Shown in pieces: positions 1 through 10,132 of a stretch of 64,000 nucleotides of DNA. Numbering within the stretch: position 1 is the first letter of the stretch; every line of letters begins with the position of its first letter. The position numbers were made by a program, and so were the translations under genes. This stretch comes from a virus. Taxonomy: Duplodnaviria; Caudoviricetes. Where the stretch lies: IMG/VR virus record IMGVR_UViG_3300035544_000079, positions 8,136 through 72,135 of that record. One strand, written 5' to 3'. The notes beneath the pieces were generated by a model. It had not been told where the DNA came from, searched no databases, and saw nothing but the letters and a program-made list of their open reading frames with translations.

Positions 1-216
1 CTCTTGTAAAAATTTATAACTTAAATAAATTCCAGTAATATTACTCAATAAAGCAATAGCTCCTTGTACCCACATTACAACAATAGTTCCTTCTAAAATA
101 TATCCTATAGTTATTACTGAAATAAATCCTAAGATAACCCATAAAATATAAATAAATGCAGAGATACCTAACTGAACAAACCCTTGTTTAAATATATCTA
201 ACTTTTCTTTATTCAT
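1..216 (-). CDS. Partial membrane protein (runs off the left window edge)
   Basis: ATG at 216 after an AAGGA SD, overlapping the stop of 213..503; frame open to base 1; hydrophobic (MNKEKLDIFKQGFVQLGISAFIYILWVILGF...). Not in the ORF track. Confidence 0.6.
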   Translation of the reverse strand, partial: MNKEKLDIFKQGFVQLGISAFIYILWVILGFISVITIGYILEGTIVVMWVQGAIALLSNITGIYLSYKFLQE

Positions 217-503
217 AAATATCCTTTCTTAAAGGCTTTAACATAATAAACTACTTGAGGTAGATTACTATTTGCACCATCTTTTCCTATTAATTTAGCT
301 ATATAAGAATCTAGTAAAGGTCTAATATCACTATAATTATTACCATCACTATCTATGTAAAAGCCATCAACATAATCTAAAATAACTCTAACTTTTCCAA
401 TAAATTCATCTCCCTTTTCATAACATTCTGCTAAATAGGGAAATTCAACATAAGTTGGATAAGGTTGATTATCTAAAAGGGCATTTTCTTCATCTTTATT
501 CAT
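213..503 (-). CDS. Hypothetical protein
   Basis: 96 aa ORF with SD, co-oriented with neighbours. Confidence 0.6.
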   Translation of the reverse strand: MNKDEENALLDNQPYPTYVEFPYLAECYEKGDEFIGKVRVILDYVDGFYIDSDGNNYSDIRPLLDSYIAKLIGKDGANSNLPQVVYYVKAFKKGYL

Positions 504-538
504 AAATATCCTTACTTTGTAAGTTATTGACTAGGAAA

Positions 539-1543
539 TTAATCCCAATCAATATTGTCATCATCTTCTTCAACGTCTTTATCATTAGTATTTTCCGAAG
601 AACCTTTTACAGATTCTTTTTGGTCAGCTAAGAATTTAGAAACTGCTTTCATGTTTTGCATTATAAGTTTACTGAATGTTTCTTTGTAGTCATCTACTGA
701 AATATCTCTATCAAAAACAGCTTTCTTAATAAAGTTTCCTTCCATATCTTCTTCAACTTCAATTTTAGCAACCAATCTTGACCTTTGTTTAGATTTAATA
801 CTTTCATTAAAATCATATAAAAAGTCTCTATCATTAGATTTAACTTTCTCAGACATCATAAATGGTTTCCACTCATTATTTACATTTACTAAACCAAAGA
901 TATGTGCTTCAAAAGAAACCTTTTTATTATCAGGAATGTTCTTTCTTGTTTCATATTTCTTAGGGTCTACATCAAACTCAGCATAAAGTTCTTGTCTAAT
1001 TGTATAGAAAGACTTCTTAGAGTTCATATCAATCATACTCTTTTGACCTTCTGTGTACATATTTGGTGCAAAAGTTGTCGAAAAATTGTCTTTAGCATTT
1101 GGAACATATCTTGTTCCACCATATTGTACTCCAGTAATTACAATCTCAGGATTTGCTCCAAGATTTTCTCCCATAGAACTTTCTTCAAAGTTAAATGCTC
1201 CAGTATCTTTATCTTTAACTAATTTTGTTCCATAGTAATAAACACCACTTTCAAAATTAATATCTTTGTTCTTTTCTTTTTTAGCTTGTCTATTTGCAAC
1301 TGTAAAACTTGCTTTTTGGTGTCCAGAGTTAAATTTAAGTAACTCAAATCCTTCAGGAATAAATGAAGAACTACCTCCATTTAATTCTGTATCAGAAATT
1401 TCCCCTGCGTCAATTAATAATTGTAAAGCTTCTTCTAGTGTTTCTGCAATTCCTCCCTCTACAAATTCGTTTACTAAGTTAGTTTCCTCAGTAGTTAGTG
1501 TATGTAACTGTCTAGCCATATATTTTCTCCTTTTTTTTAGCAT
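539..1543 (-). CDS. Putative single-stranded DNA-binding/annealing protein
   Basis: Acidic C-terminal tail ending in an aromatic residue (DVEEDDDNIDWD), typical of phage SSBs; own promoter upstream. Function inferred; probable start is MARQ at 1519. Confidence 0.4.
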   Translation of the reverse strand: MLKKRRKYMARQLHTLTTEETNLVNEFVEGGIAETLEEALQLLIDAGEISDTELNGGSSSFIPEGFELLKFNSGHQKASFTVANRQAKKEKNKDINFESGVYYYGTKLVKDKDTGAFNFEESSMGENLGANPEIVITGVQYGGTRYVPNAKDNFSTTFAPNMYTEGQKSMIDMNSKKSFYTIRQELYAEFDVDPKKYETRKNIPDNKKVSFEAHIFGLVNVNNEWKPFMMSEKVKSNDRDFLYDFNESIKSKQRSRLVAKIEVEEDMEGNFIKKAVFDRDISVDDYKETFSKLIMQNMKAVSKFLADQKESVKGSSENTNDKDVEEDDDNIDWD

Positions 1544-1602
1544 ATCTGCTTTTATGATTAACCTTTCGGCAACTTATTTGCTTAACTGTTTTGAACAAAG
1601 TA

Positions 1603-1626
1603 ATTATACAAAAAGGTTCCTTAAAG
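1603..1626 (-). promoter_or_regulatory. Sigma70-type promoter CTTTAAG-N11-TATAAT
   Basis: Minus strand reads aagtaaa-ctttaag-gaacctttttg-tataat; the same spacing recurs at six other sites. Confidence 0.65.
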
Positions 1627-1659
1627 TTTACTTTGTTCAAGTGTTATTTTGAAAGAATT

Positions 1660-2712
1660 TTATAAATTATCCCAACCATTTAATATTTCAGGTGATTTAT
1701 ATGAAATACTCGTTGCTTCAAAATTGTTTGTTCTATTTGAAGTTTCATCTTCAACCCCAGATATTTTATCTAAATGGGTATATGGGTTCTTAACATCATC
1801 AAAAATCTTGTCATACCCTATTTTTTCTAATCTCTTGTTTGCTAAGTAATGAGCATTATCTTTAATACTCGTTTCTGACATTCCTAAAATCTTATTACCA
1901 ATAGCTTCATTAGAAAAGGCTATTTCCCATTGTACAGCCTCTTTAAACATATCATAAACCATTTGCTCTACTTGTTTTTGTAGCCCTTTAGTTTCTTTAA
2001 AACCTAATTTAATAATATGCTCAAATATAACTGTATGAACTAATTCGTCCCTTTTTATATAGCTAATCTGAGTATTAGAACCAATACATAAGCCTCTATT
2101 AGCAAAAGTATGGAATAATTGGAAGCCATTATAAAAATAAACACCTTCTAGTAAATAATTTGCAATTAAAGCCCTAATAAAATTCCTTAAGTTAGGTTTA
2201 TTTATGAACTCTTGATAAATACTAGCAATCCACTTATTTCTTTCTAATAGAATAGGACTTGTTTTCCATAAGTTATATAAATGACTTGCTTTCTCTTTAG
2301 ACATAATAGAGCTAAATATCCAACCATAACTCTTAGAATGTAGTGCTTCGTCCCAAGTTTGCCTTGCTAAAGCATACACAATATGTGGATTAGTTACATA
2401 GTTAGATATATTTGGTAAATTATTTGTTTGTAAACTGTCTAAAAAGGCTAAGAATGATATAACCATATCATAACCATTTCTATCATCATCTGTTAATTTA
2501 TTTTTATAATCAGAATCATCATCTGCCATTGATACTTTATGTGGTAGCCAATTGTTAGCATACATTGTATCTACTAACTTATGAAATACTTCTGAATCTT
2601 TAGGAATATTAGTTAAATCAAGTATATTACTTGTCTCACCATTAAATACTTTTAAATCCTCTCTTGCATTAGGATTAAATAAAAGCTTTTCTTTTAAACT
2701 ATCTTCAATCAT
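1660..2712 (-). CDS. nrdB: Ribonucleotide reductase class I beta subunit
   Basis: Diiron ligand motifs FLAFLDSLQ, WDEALHSKSY, LLEGVYFYNGF, IKRDELVH; adjacent to the alpha subunit. Confidence 0.95.
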   Translation of the reverse strand: MIEDSLKEKLLFNPNAREDLKVFNGETSNILDLTNIPKDSEVFHKLVDTMYANNWLPHKVSMADDDSDYKNKLTDDDRNGYDMVISFLAFLDSLQTNNLPNISNYVTNPHIVYALARQTWDEALHSKSYGWIFSSIMSKEKASHLYNLWKTSPILLERNKWIASIYQEFINKPNLRNFIRALIANYLLEGVYFYNGFQLFHTFANRGLCIGSNTQISYIKRDELVHTVIFEHIIKLGFKETKGLQKQVEQMVYDMFKEAVQWEIAFSNEAIGNKILGMSETSIKDNAHYLANKRLEKIGYDKIFDDVKNPYTHLDKISGVEDETSNRTNNFEATSISYKSPEILNGWDNL

Positions 2713-2735
2713 TTATCTCCTTTCAATCGGATGTG

Positions 2736-5700
2736 CTAGTTTGCACACCCTTCACATTCATATTTTTTAGCGTCAATAGTTAAAGAGTAATAAACTGCTT
2801 TTAACTCTTTTGAAGCAAAACCTTCAAGTATTTCATCAGAAATAGTTTTTATATCAGGTGTTAAATCTGGATTTATAGTTAATTCCATACTAATCCCAGT
2901 ATCTACCCATCTTTGTAATACCCTAGTAAATTTAATAATGTCTTCTGTTTTATATTGAAATTTAGTCTTATAAAACCAAAACCTTTTATCAATGAACTTA
3001 GGTAAAACAGGAATGACCATATCTCCTAAAGTTTGAGTATTATTTTTACTATGTGCCGGTAAATATGAAGCAGTAACCCCTTGAACTAATCCTGAACTTG
3101 TATTTGGTGCTAATGCAATTAAAAGCATATTTCTAATACCATAATCTTCAATATCTTTTCTAAGTTGTACCCAATCAAAACCATTCTTACTCATTTTATT
3201 TAACTCTTCAGGAGTCTTTCCAAACATTTTAGAGTAATCCGAGTCTTTAAACCCTAAATAAGAACCTTTTTCCTTAGCTAAATCAATACTTGCTTGATAG
3301 CAATAATAAGTAATTCTTTCTTGTAAACCTTCAGCTAAATCTCTACCCTCTTGACTATCATAATTTACTTTATTATAAGCCATCCAATCTGCCAATCCTA
3401 CAACTCCTATTCCAATATTTCTTAAAAGTTTAGAACTATTTTCAGCTTCTAAAGTAGGCATAGTCCCTAAATCAATACTTGCATCTAACATTCTTACTGC
3501 ATTTTTACAAGCTCTTTGTAATAGTTTATTATCATTTAAAATATTAGCTACATTGATACTAATTAAGTTACAACTATGCGTTAATCCATCACTTTCAGTA
3601 GTAACCTCTCTATCTCCAATTACTTCTTTCTTCCACTTTGAAGGAGCTTTTGATAAAGAGTATGATTCAACACAGTTACCTGCTAAGATTCCATTAAACA
3701 TACCCATATTCCTCTTAGGCTCAAAGAAACAGTATGTATCTGAAACTCTACCTTCATTTTCTACCGATAGTACTTTTATGAACTGAGAGGCATCTCTATT
3801 TGGTTTTCTAATTGTTGGAGATAATCTATCAGTACTTAAACCTAATGATAATAACTTCTGAACCCCTCCTTCTGGAATAAGAAGTCTTTTTACTTCTTTT
3901 ACCTCATACTCAGCATATTCTCCAGAGCCGTCGTTTTTTGGAAGGCTTTGTACTCCTTTATCTCTACCATGTGTAACTTTACTATCAATACCTAATGTTT
4001 GTAACATTAATCTTAGCTCATATAAAAAATCAATATTAACCTGAGCTACTTGTAAAGATTGAGTACCATTATTAGAAGTTAAACAACCATCTGCATCTAA
4101 AAATCCAGATAACCAATCTATTCTACTTTTTATAGTATACTCAGCATTAGGTATAAAATATTTACTCTTCAATTGCCCCTTTTTCACCCTTAATACTTGT
4201 TTTTTATTCTCAGGATAATATATATCTGAAATTAAATCTAAGTTATTAAATCTATTTCTAAGCTTTGTTTTATCATGATATAAATATATTAAAGGTACTC
4301 CAGTACTATAAGTTCCATCACCACTAAAAAATCCATTTTCATATGCAAAAGGTAATACCTTTTTACCTTTAATTTCAGGTAAACTATATTTTATAATCTT
4401 ATCATTAGACTTTAATTCATAAGCTCTTTTCATAACTGCTTTTTTAGGGTTTCTATGACCTTCTTTTTTTATATAAAATTTATGATAAGGTGTACATTCT
4501 ATAAACCCTGTACTTGTCATAACTTTTAGTATTTCTTGGGATTGTCCCGTCTTTACTATTTTAACATTTTCTGACCACTCTTCACCATTCCATATAGTTT
4601 GATATGTACCTTCAAGACTACCTATTTCCTTATATCCATTTTTTGTTAATATTTTAGTCTCTGGAGTAACACAAAGATTGGCGTTCTTGGCTGTACCAAT
4701 AGCTTTCATATAATTACTTAAGTTTAAATTATCTTTATGTGTTATATAAAAATCTCCATACTCAACCCATGACCATAAAGCTTGTTTCCACACTTTACTT
4801 GCAGAAATCTTCTCATAATGCTTTAACTTACCTTCTTTGATTAAGTTTTCTACTTCTAAATGTGCTTCATAGAGTTCTTCCTCTATTAACTCTGTAATAT
4901 CTTTACCTGTCAGCTGTTTATACTCATGTTGGTCAAATAAGTATACATCTTCTTTATTTTGTACTTTTTCCACAAAATAAGTATCAACAACAATTTGAGG
5001 GAAAATATCAAAACATTTATCTCTTAAATCACCATTTAGTTCGGACTTAATTTCACAGAAGTCAATAATATCCATATGCCACCAATCTAAAGCTACCGTA
5101 ATAGCTCCTACTCTAGCCCCTCTCTGATTAACTGAGACTGCTAAATCATTTACAATCTTTAACCATTTATTTATCTTATTAGCTTTAGGTACATTTCTTG
5201 AATAAGCATTACTTGGTCTAATTTTTCCAAAATACCAACCAATACCTCCACCTTCTTGGGAAATATATGCCATATCTGTATAAGATTTCATTAATCCATA
5301 AATATTATCAGGTGCTTCCCCAATAAAACAACTTCCTGTATTACCATTTGGTATCCTTAGGTTTCTTTTAAAGGGAGTTGCTAAAGATAAAATATACTTA
5401 CTTAACATTTCATAGTACTCTTTTGAAATACTAACTCTATTTTTTTCTTCTTCAATAGTTGCTAAAATCATACTATTAAACATATCTGATGTGCTTGGAT
5501 ACTCAATAATACCTTTTTTATTTTTTACTAAATACTTTGATTTTAACAAAGCAACTTGAGATAATCTTAAATTATAATCTCGTTCTTCTTTAATAAAGTT
5601 TGATAAAGTATCTAATTGCTCATCAGTAAAATTTTTTAGAATATCAGACCTATAATACTGATTTCTTATTAAATATTTAATATGTTCTTTAAACATAGAA

Positions 5701-5990
5701 ATATCAAATTTAGTTGATTTCCAAATCTCTCTCATTAATTGGTATGCCATAAGCCTACCTGCAACAATATCCCAATCAGGATTTTCATCAGATATACTAT
5801 TTTTAGCAATCATTATTAACTTTTCTTGTATTTCAGAAGATTTAATATTTGAAGTCATATCTAAACAAATCATTGATTCAAACTCAAGAGGGTTAATATT
5901 TGTACCCTCACAAGCAGGAATAATCTGTTTTCTAATTTTTTCAATATCAAAGTCTTCTTTTCTACCATCTACTTTGACAACTTTTTTCAA
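2736..5990 (-). CDS. nrdA: Ribonucleotide reductase class Ia alpha subunit, intein-containing
   Basis: TTG start; N-terminal ATP cone (VVKVDGRKEDFDIEKI); GSCF; N-L-[intein]-C-V-E active site; LAPNTSS; C-terminal CEGC. 751 aa after removing the intein. Confidence 0.95.
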   Translation of the reverse strand: MKKVVKVDGRKEDFDIEKIRKQIIPACEGTNINPLEFESMICLDMTSNIKSSEIQEKLIMIAKNSISDENPDWDIVAGRLMAYQLMREIWKSTKFDISMFKEHIKYLIRNQYYRSDILKNFTDEQLDTLSNFIKEERDYNLRLSQVALLKSKYLVKNKKGIIEYPSTSDMFNSMILATIEEEKNRVSISKEYYEMLSKYILSLATPFKRNLRIPNGNTGSCFIGEAPDNIYGLMKSYTDMAYISQEGGGIGWYFGKIRPSNAYSRNVPKANKINKWLKIVNDLAVSVNQRGARVGAITVALDWWHMDIIDFCEIKSELNGDLRDKCFDIFPQIVVDTYFVEKVQNKEDVYLFDQHEYKQLTGKDITELIEEELYEAHLEVENLIKEGKLKHYEKISASKVWKQALWSWVEYGDFYITHKDNLNLSNYMKAIGTAKNANLCVTPETKILTKNGYKEIGSLEGTYQTIWNGEEWSENVKIVKTGQSQEILKVMTSTGFIECTPYHKFYIKKEGHRNPKKAVMKRAYELKSNDKIIKYSLPEIKGKKVLPFAYENGFFSGDGTYSTGVPLIYLYHDKTKLRNRFNNLDLISDIYYPENKKQVLRVKKGQLKSKYFIPNAEYTIKSRIDWLSGFLDADGCLTSNNGTQSLQVAQVNIDFLYELRLMLQTLGIDSKVTHGRDKGVQSLPKNDGSGEYAEYEVKEVKRLLIPEGGVQKLLSLGLSTDRLSPTIRKPNRDASQFIKVLSVENEGRVSDTYCFFEPKRNMGMFNGILAGNCVESYSLSKAPSKWKKEVIGDREVTTESDGLTHSCNLISINVANILNDNKLLQRACKNAVRMLDASIDLGTMPTLEAENSSKLLRNIGIGVVGLADWMAYNKVNYDSQEGRDLAEGLQERITYYCYQASIDLAKEKGSYLGFKDSDYSKMFGKTPEELNKMSKNGFDWVQLRKDIEDYGIRNMLLIALAPNTSSGLVQGVTASYLPAHSKNNTQTLGDMVIPVLPKFIDKRFWFYKTKFQYKTEDIIKFTRVLQRWVDTGISMELTINPDLTPDIKTISDEILEGFASKELKAVYYSLTIDAKKYECEGCAN
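3675..4673 (-). mobile_element. 333-aa intein with LAGLIDADG homing endonuclease
   Basis: Starts CVTPETKILT, ends FNGILAGN, followed by the +1 Cys (CVES); LAGLIDADG-like blocks ENGFFSGDG and LSGFLDADG. Confidence 0.92.
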
Positions 5991-6596
5991 TTACTCCCCT
6001 TCCTTTTCATTTTCTGAAATATCTTCTTTTTCAGTAATTAATCTTTGCTTATACTCTCTCCACTTAACTAATCTTTCATTTGCTTCAACTTCATCAAAAC
6101 TATAGTCTCTAATTCTTCCTTCACATAAATCATCAATTTCTTTATCTGTAAGGAATCCTTTATATACTTCTTCAAATAATCTTCTTTGAGATTTCTTTAA
6201 GAATTTAACTTGCTTAGCCTGATAAGAAGTATCTCCATAATGTCCTGATTGCATTTCGTGAATATACCATTCCCCATAAGGAACTGTATAACAATCATCA
6301 CAAGCTAAACTAAGTAAACTTCCTGCACTACTAGCGTGAATAACTTGTGCAATAACTTTCCCTTTAGAGTTTCTAATTGCATCCATTACAGAAATCATTG
6401 TAAAAGCATGACCTCCATAAATATTTACCCTTAAAATAGTTGTATCAGACTCTTCTTGAGTATCTAATAATCTAATTAAATCTCTTACTTGACTAGGTGT
6501 CTCAAAATCTTCATCAATATCGAACTTATATAAATTACTCTGAACCGAATCAATTAAATATGTATTTGGTTCTAAAACTTTAAAATCTTCTTCCAT
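5991..6596 (-). CDS. ClpP-like serine peptidase
   Basis: NIYGG, ASSAGSLL (catalytic Ser) and YIHEM (His) match the ClpP/crotonase-fold pattern. Confidence 0.75.
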   Translation of the reverse strand: MEEDFKVLEPNTYLIDSVQSNLYKFDIDEDFETPSQVRDLIRLLDTQEESDTTILRVNIYGGHAFTMISVMDAIRNSKGKVIAQVIHASSAGSLLSLACDDCYTVPYGEWYIHEMQSGHYGDTSYQAKQVKFLKKSQRRLFEEVYKGFLTDKEIDDLCEGRIRDYSFDEVEANERLVKWREYKQRLITEKEDISENEKEGE

Positions 6597-6832
6597 TATT
6601 TTCCTTTACTAATATTTTCTTTAGCTTTTCTTACTAAATATTCCCAAGGTTCGTTGTTAAAACCATCTAAAGAAAGTCTTCCAAAAGTATCCATTGAAAC
6701 AAGATTTGTATATTCAACTCCATTAGCACTTTTGTTAGTAATGTTCATATAATAGTTACCTTTACGGTGTTTTTGAGTAACCTTTCTTCCTTTAATCTCT
6801 TCTTGGTGTAATCTTTTTTGTAATTTATTCAT
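6596..6832 (-). CDS. Hypothetical protein
   Basis: 78 aa, overlaps both neighbours as in an operon. Confidence 0.6.
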   Translation of the reverse strand: MNKLQKRLHQEEIKGRKVTQKHRKGNYYMNITNKSANGVEYTNLVSMDTFGRLSLDGFNNEPWEYLVRKAKENISKGK

Positions 6833-7655
6833 TTGTTTCTCCTTTATTTAACTCTTTTCTATATTTTTTATCCACTAAAACTCTATATTTATGAGGTACT
6901 TGTTCTAAAATAGCTTCAACAACTTCCCTAATACCATAATAAGCAGAACCACTTCCTCTTAATTCTATAAAGTGTTTTAAACTTCTTAAGTTAAATGTCC
7001 AAATACCTTCTGTTAACCAACTTTCTGGTAATATTCTTTTAACTCTATCATTTTGTTTCTTTTTAGCTCCACCAGTAAGACCTTTTTTAAGGGGTTCTTC
7101 ATAATTATAATGAATTAACATATTATCTAAGTAAGATACAATTGTTTCAATTAAATCTTTATTTAGATGAATTATATTATTAGATACAACTTCATAAAAA
7201 TTATGATATGCTTTATCATCATTTAACTTTGAATTAGGTATTATTGACTCATTATAGTCTATCCAAGCATTAATTAAATCTTCGATAGTATATCTGCTTG
7301 ATTTTTGACTTGTAGGCATACCTATTCGGTGTCTATTCCACTCAATAATAATTTCCCTAGATACATTTTTAACATAAAAACTTAAATTAATATGTTCAGC
7401 AACAGACTCATGGAAATAAACATTAAAAAGTTTATCTAATAAATCTGAATGGTCAATATCTTTATTTTTACTTAATTCTTCAAGGAACTTATCAGGTTCT
7501 TTTTTGAATAAATTTACTAACTCATTTTCACTTAAGTCGAAGCTATTGTAACAAACTCTACCTCCAATCTCACCTAAGATTAGAGGGGAAGCATGAAGTA
7601 ATCTTGCTTTAGGTTTCTTGTATTGTTCTATAATCTCTCCTTTACATTTCTTCAA
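6825..7655 (-). CDS. thyX: Flavin-dependent thymidylate synthase
   Basis: HESVAEH, ThyX motif EWNRHRIGMPTSQKSSRY, NLRSLKHFIELR. Confidence 0.92.
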   Translation of the reverse strand: MKKCKGEIIEQYKKPKARLLHASPLILGEIGGRVCYNSFDLSENELVNLFKKEPDKFLEELSKNKDIDHSDLLDKLFNVYFHESVAEHINLSFYVKNVSREIIIEWNRHRIGMPTSQKSSRYTIEDLINAWIDYNESIIPNSKLNDDKAYHNFYEVVSNNIIHLNKDLIETIVSYLDNMLIHYNYEEPLKKGLTGGAKKKQNDRVKRILPESWLTEGIWTFNLRSLKHFIELRGSGSAYYGIREVVEAILEQVPHKYRVLVDKKYRKELNKGETNE

Positions 7656-7836
7656 AAAAATCTTGGCTAGTTAAATCATTTTCAAAAGCTTCAACAATAC
7701 CAATAGCCTCAATAAGTTTATCTTTAGTTTCACCATCTTCTAAAATATCTAAATCAATATATTCATTTGTTAATGCATACCAAAAATCATCACTATAAGA
7801 TACTGAGTCTATATTGTCTTTATACTTAAATTCCAT
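7642..7836 (-). CDS. Hypothetical acidic protein
   Basis: 64 aa ORF with SD, within the operon. Confidence 0.6.
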   Translation of the reverse strand: MEFKYKDNIDSVSYSDDFWYALTNEYIDLDILEDGETKDKLIEAIGIVEAFENDLTSQDFFEEM

Positions 7837-7848
7837 TCTATTCTCCTT

Positions 7849-8085
7849 TTAATATTCTAAGTTTTCAAGACAATATTTTATTTCTTTATATATTAAAGAT
7901 GTATCTATGATGATATCATAACAATTAGTTAAAATCATATCAATATAAGCAAATTCATCTCCAAAATCTTCTTTTAACTTTTCTATAATATCATATGTAT
8001 CTCTAATATTTAGATACATTAATAAATCCTCATCTCCCGACTGTGTTTTAGTATATATACTAACTATATTTTTAATATTTTCCAA
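7849..8085 (-). CDS. Hypothetical protein
   Basis: 78 aa, TTG start after GGAG. Confidence 0.55.
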   Translation of the reverse strand: MENIKNIVSIYTKTQSGDEDLLMYLNIRDTYDIIEKLKEDFGDEFAYIDMILTNCYDIIIDTSLIYKEIKYCLENLEY

Positions 8086-8096
8086 TATATCTCCTT

Positions 8097-8471
8097 TTAA
8101 CTTGGTTTTAATTTAATTTCACTTAAATCTCTAAAATCAAAGTAACATAACCAAAGACCTCTTGAAACTCTTTCATTGAACTCTTTCTTTACGAACTTTC
8201 TTTTACTAGCATCTAAGTTTTTAGGCTTTAAGCCTAACCCTAAACACAAATTCTTTATATCATTAGTTGTCAAATTGACATTAAAGAGTGCTTTTACTGT
8301 ATTTATTATCTCTTGATAAGTCAATTCAGTATAATATTTCTTTAAAAACTCTTTGACACTTTGTAATAAAACCTTGTGTTTACTTTCTTTTATAATATTA
8401 TATAAATAATACCCTCTTTTGGTCTTTTTTCTTGGAGGAGTTACTTTAATATCTAATTCTTCCATAGTCAA
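8097..8471 (-). CDS. Hypothetical basic protein, possible HTH
   Basis: 124 aa; LTYQEIINTVKALFNVNLT resembles a helix-turn-helix segment. Confidence 0.5.
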   Translation of the reverse strand: MTMEELDIKVTPPRKKTKRGYYLYNIIKESKHKVLLQSVKEFLKKYYTELTYQEIINTVKALFNVNLTTNDIKNLCLGLGLKPKNLDASKRKFVKKEFNERVSRGLWLCYFDFRDLSEIKLKPS

Positions 8472-9433
8472 TCCTCACAAAAAGGACTATTTTCTGATAA
8501 TTTTTCACAAAGTTTATTAAAAAAATCATTCCGAAGATAATTCTTACTATAGCTTTGATTATCTTTTTTCTTTAGAACCTCTTGAAAATATATGATATCT
8601 TCATCTTTATAAATATTATACCCTTGAAAACATAAGTTGATAAAAGCTTCTTCAGTATTAGTTAAATTAAATTCCTCCATATAATTATAAAAAAGAGTCT
8701 TTTTATCAACTGAATCTAAAATATCATCAGAAAAATCTATATTTTCAATATCATAATAAATACTTTTTCTGAATCTATTAATTACTTTTATATCAATATC
8801 TTGAACTTTACATAAATCAATTAATCCCTCTCCTTGTATTTTATTAAGTATTTGTTCAACCTCAGTTTCCATTTCCTCTATACTAGAAGGTGTTTTTAAG
8901 TGTTTACCATAAAACATTACCTTATAAACTACTTCATCATTATTTGTATAGAAGAATACCTCTTTATTTTCATTTTTATCTAAGTCATAAATATTTTTAC
9001 TTTCAATTTCAAAAGTTAAAGACATTTTTTCAATAATCTCATTAAGTAAATCATATTTATTGGTATGTTTTTTAACTTTAATATTACAGAAAACCTTGTA
9101 CTTAAACTCTTGAGGGTTTTTTACCATAACCTTTTGAATGTTTAAATAATCTCTTGTCTTTATCTTATCAAACAAGTAGTTATAAAGCTTTTTATTTGCT
9201 TCTTGTTTTTCAAGGTTATTTAAAATACTTATTATCTCTTGTTTATGTTTAGAGACAATATCTGAAATATAATTTTCAGTAGTATCTTTTGGAACATTAT
9301 ACATATGTAATAACTTTTGAGCTAACCTACTACAAAGTCCTTTTGAAACTTTTTCTACTTTATTCTTCTTTTGGACATATTTTCCAAAAATAATCTCAAA
9401 TTGAGACTCCGTTAACTTAACTTTTGTATCAAT
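8468..9433 (-). CDS. Putative sigma-like/transcriptional regulator, 321 aa from an ATT start
   Basis: Frame open 43 codons above the track ATG (9304) to ATT at 9433, 5 nt after AAGGAGG. C-terminus LTNTEEAFINLCFQGY resembles sigma region 4 (weak). Confidence 0.45.
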   Translation of the reverse strand: MDTKVKLTESQFEIIFGKYVQKKNKVEKVSKGLCSRLAQKLLHMYNVPKDTTENYISDIVSKHKQEIISILNNLEKQEANKKLYNYLFDKIKTRDYLNIQKVMVKNPQEFKYKVFCNIKVKKHTNKYDLLNEIIEKMSLTFEIESKNIYDLDKNENKEVFFYTNNDEVVYKVMFYGKHLKTPSSIEEMETEVEQILNKIQGEGLIDLCKVQDIDIKVINRFRKSIYYDIENIDFSDDILDSVDKKTLFYNYMEEFNLTNTEEAFINLCFQGYNIYKDEDIIYFQEVLKKKDNQSYSKNYLRNDFFNKLCEKLSENSPFCED

Positions 9434-9456
9434 CTTTTCCTCCTTGTTTTAAGATG

Positions 9457-9469
9457 AAGTAAGACTTAA
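9457..9469. repeat. 13-bp direct repeat AAGTAAGACTTAA, copy 1 (copy 2 at 10131-10143)
   Basis: Identical 13-mers flank gene 9466..10098, one on its stop codon and one 33 nt above its start. Confidence 0.8.
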
Positions 9470-10098
9470 ATGTCTACTTCAATCTCTGTTTTAGCATTAA
9501 CCTCTGATAAAGTCATATCAATCTCATCAAGAAGATAATTAAGATTTTCTAACTCGTATCTGATTTCATCAATATTTAAACCTACTATTTCTGCACCCCA
9601 CATTTGGGTATAAGTATCAGTTAAAGTCTTAGTTAAATCTTTTGATGTTTGGTTTTTATTAGTCATAGCACTTTCAACTTGTCTTGAAACCTCTTGTTCA
9701 ATTTTATGTTCTTGTTGTTCAACACTCTGTTTAAAAAGGTTATACTGTCTTTCAAGATTATTTAATCTATCAATTTTATAACTAAGAGAAGTTTTTAAAT
9801 CAATTAACTCAATAATTGAATAACTATCTGTTTTCTTCCCTAATTTAAATTCAACCTTAGTTTCTACATTAGCTTTTGCTATAGCTGATTTAACTACTCT
9901 TCTATTCTCAAATAATTTATCAAAACTTTCCTTGTTAGCTTTAACGTCTTTAAGAAACTGTTCCTCAGTTAAATTTGAATTATTTACTAATTTGTTGTTT
10001 ATTTTTGTATCAAAACCAACATAATTATTTAAAAGCCTTTTTTCATAAAGCTTAACCTCGGCTAATGCCCTTGTTATCGACATAGTTTTCTTTCCCAT
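9466..10098 (-). CDS. Conserved coiled-coil protein (MSITRALAEVK...LSEVNAKTEIEV type)
   Basis: 210 aa, mostly helical; termini recall DIP1984-like/DUF proteins (from memory, unverified). Confidence 0.6.
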   Translation of the reverse strand: MGKKTMSITRALAEVKLYEKRLLNNYVGFDTKINNKLVNNSNLTEEQFLKDVKANKESFDKLFENRRVVKSAIAKANVETKVEFKLGKKTDSYSIIELIDLKTSLSYKIDRLNNLERQYNLFKQSVEQQEHKIEQEVSRQVESAMTNKNQTSKDLTKTLTDTYTQMWGAEIVGLNIDEIRYELENLNYLLDEIDMTLSEVNAKTEIEVDI

Positions 10099-10132
10099 AT
10101 TTTCTCCTTTAATTTTTAATTATAAGTCAAAA

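Noticed and set aside
1545-1600. GCAAA..GCC-GAAA-GGU hairpin in the leader of 539..1543, reminiscent of a c-di-GMP-I riboswitch; similar CGAAAGG near 45553
   Set aside because: The second stem and conserved core are missing; only a short GNRA hairpin is supported.
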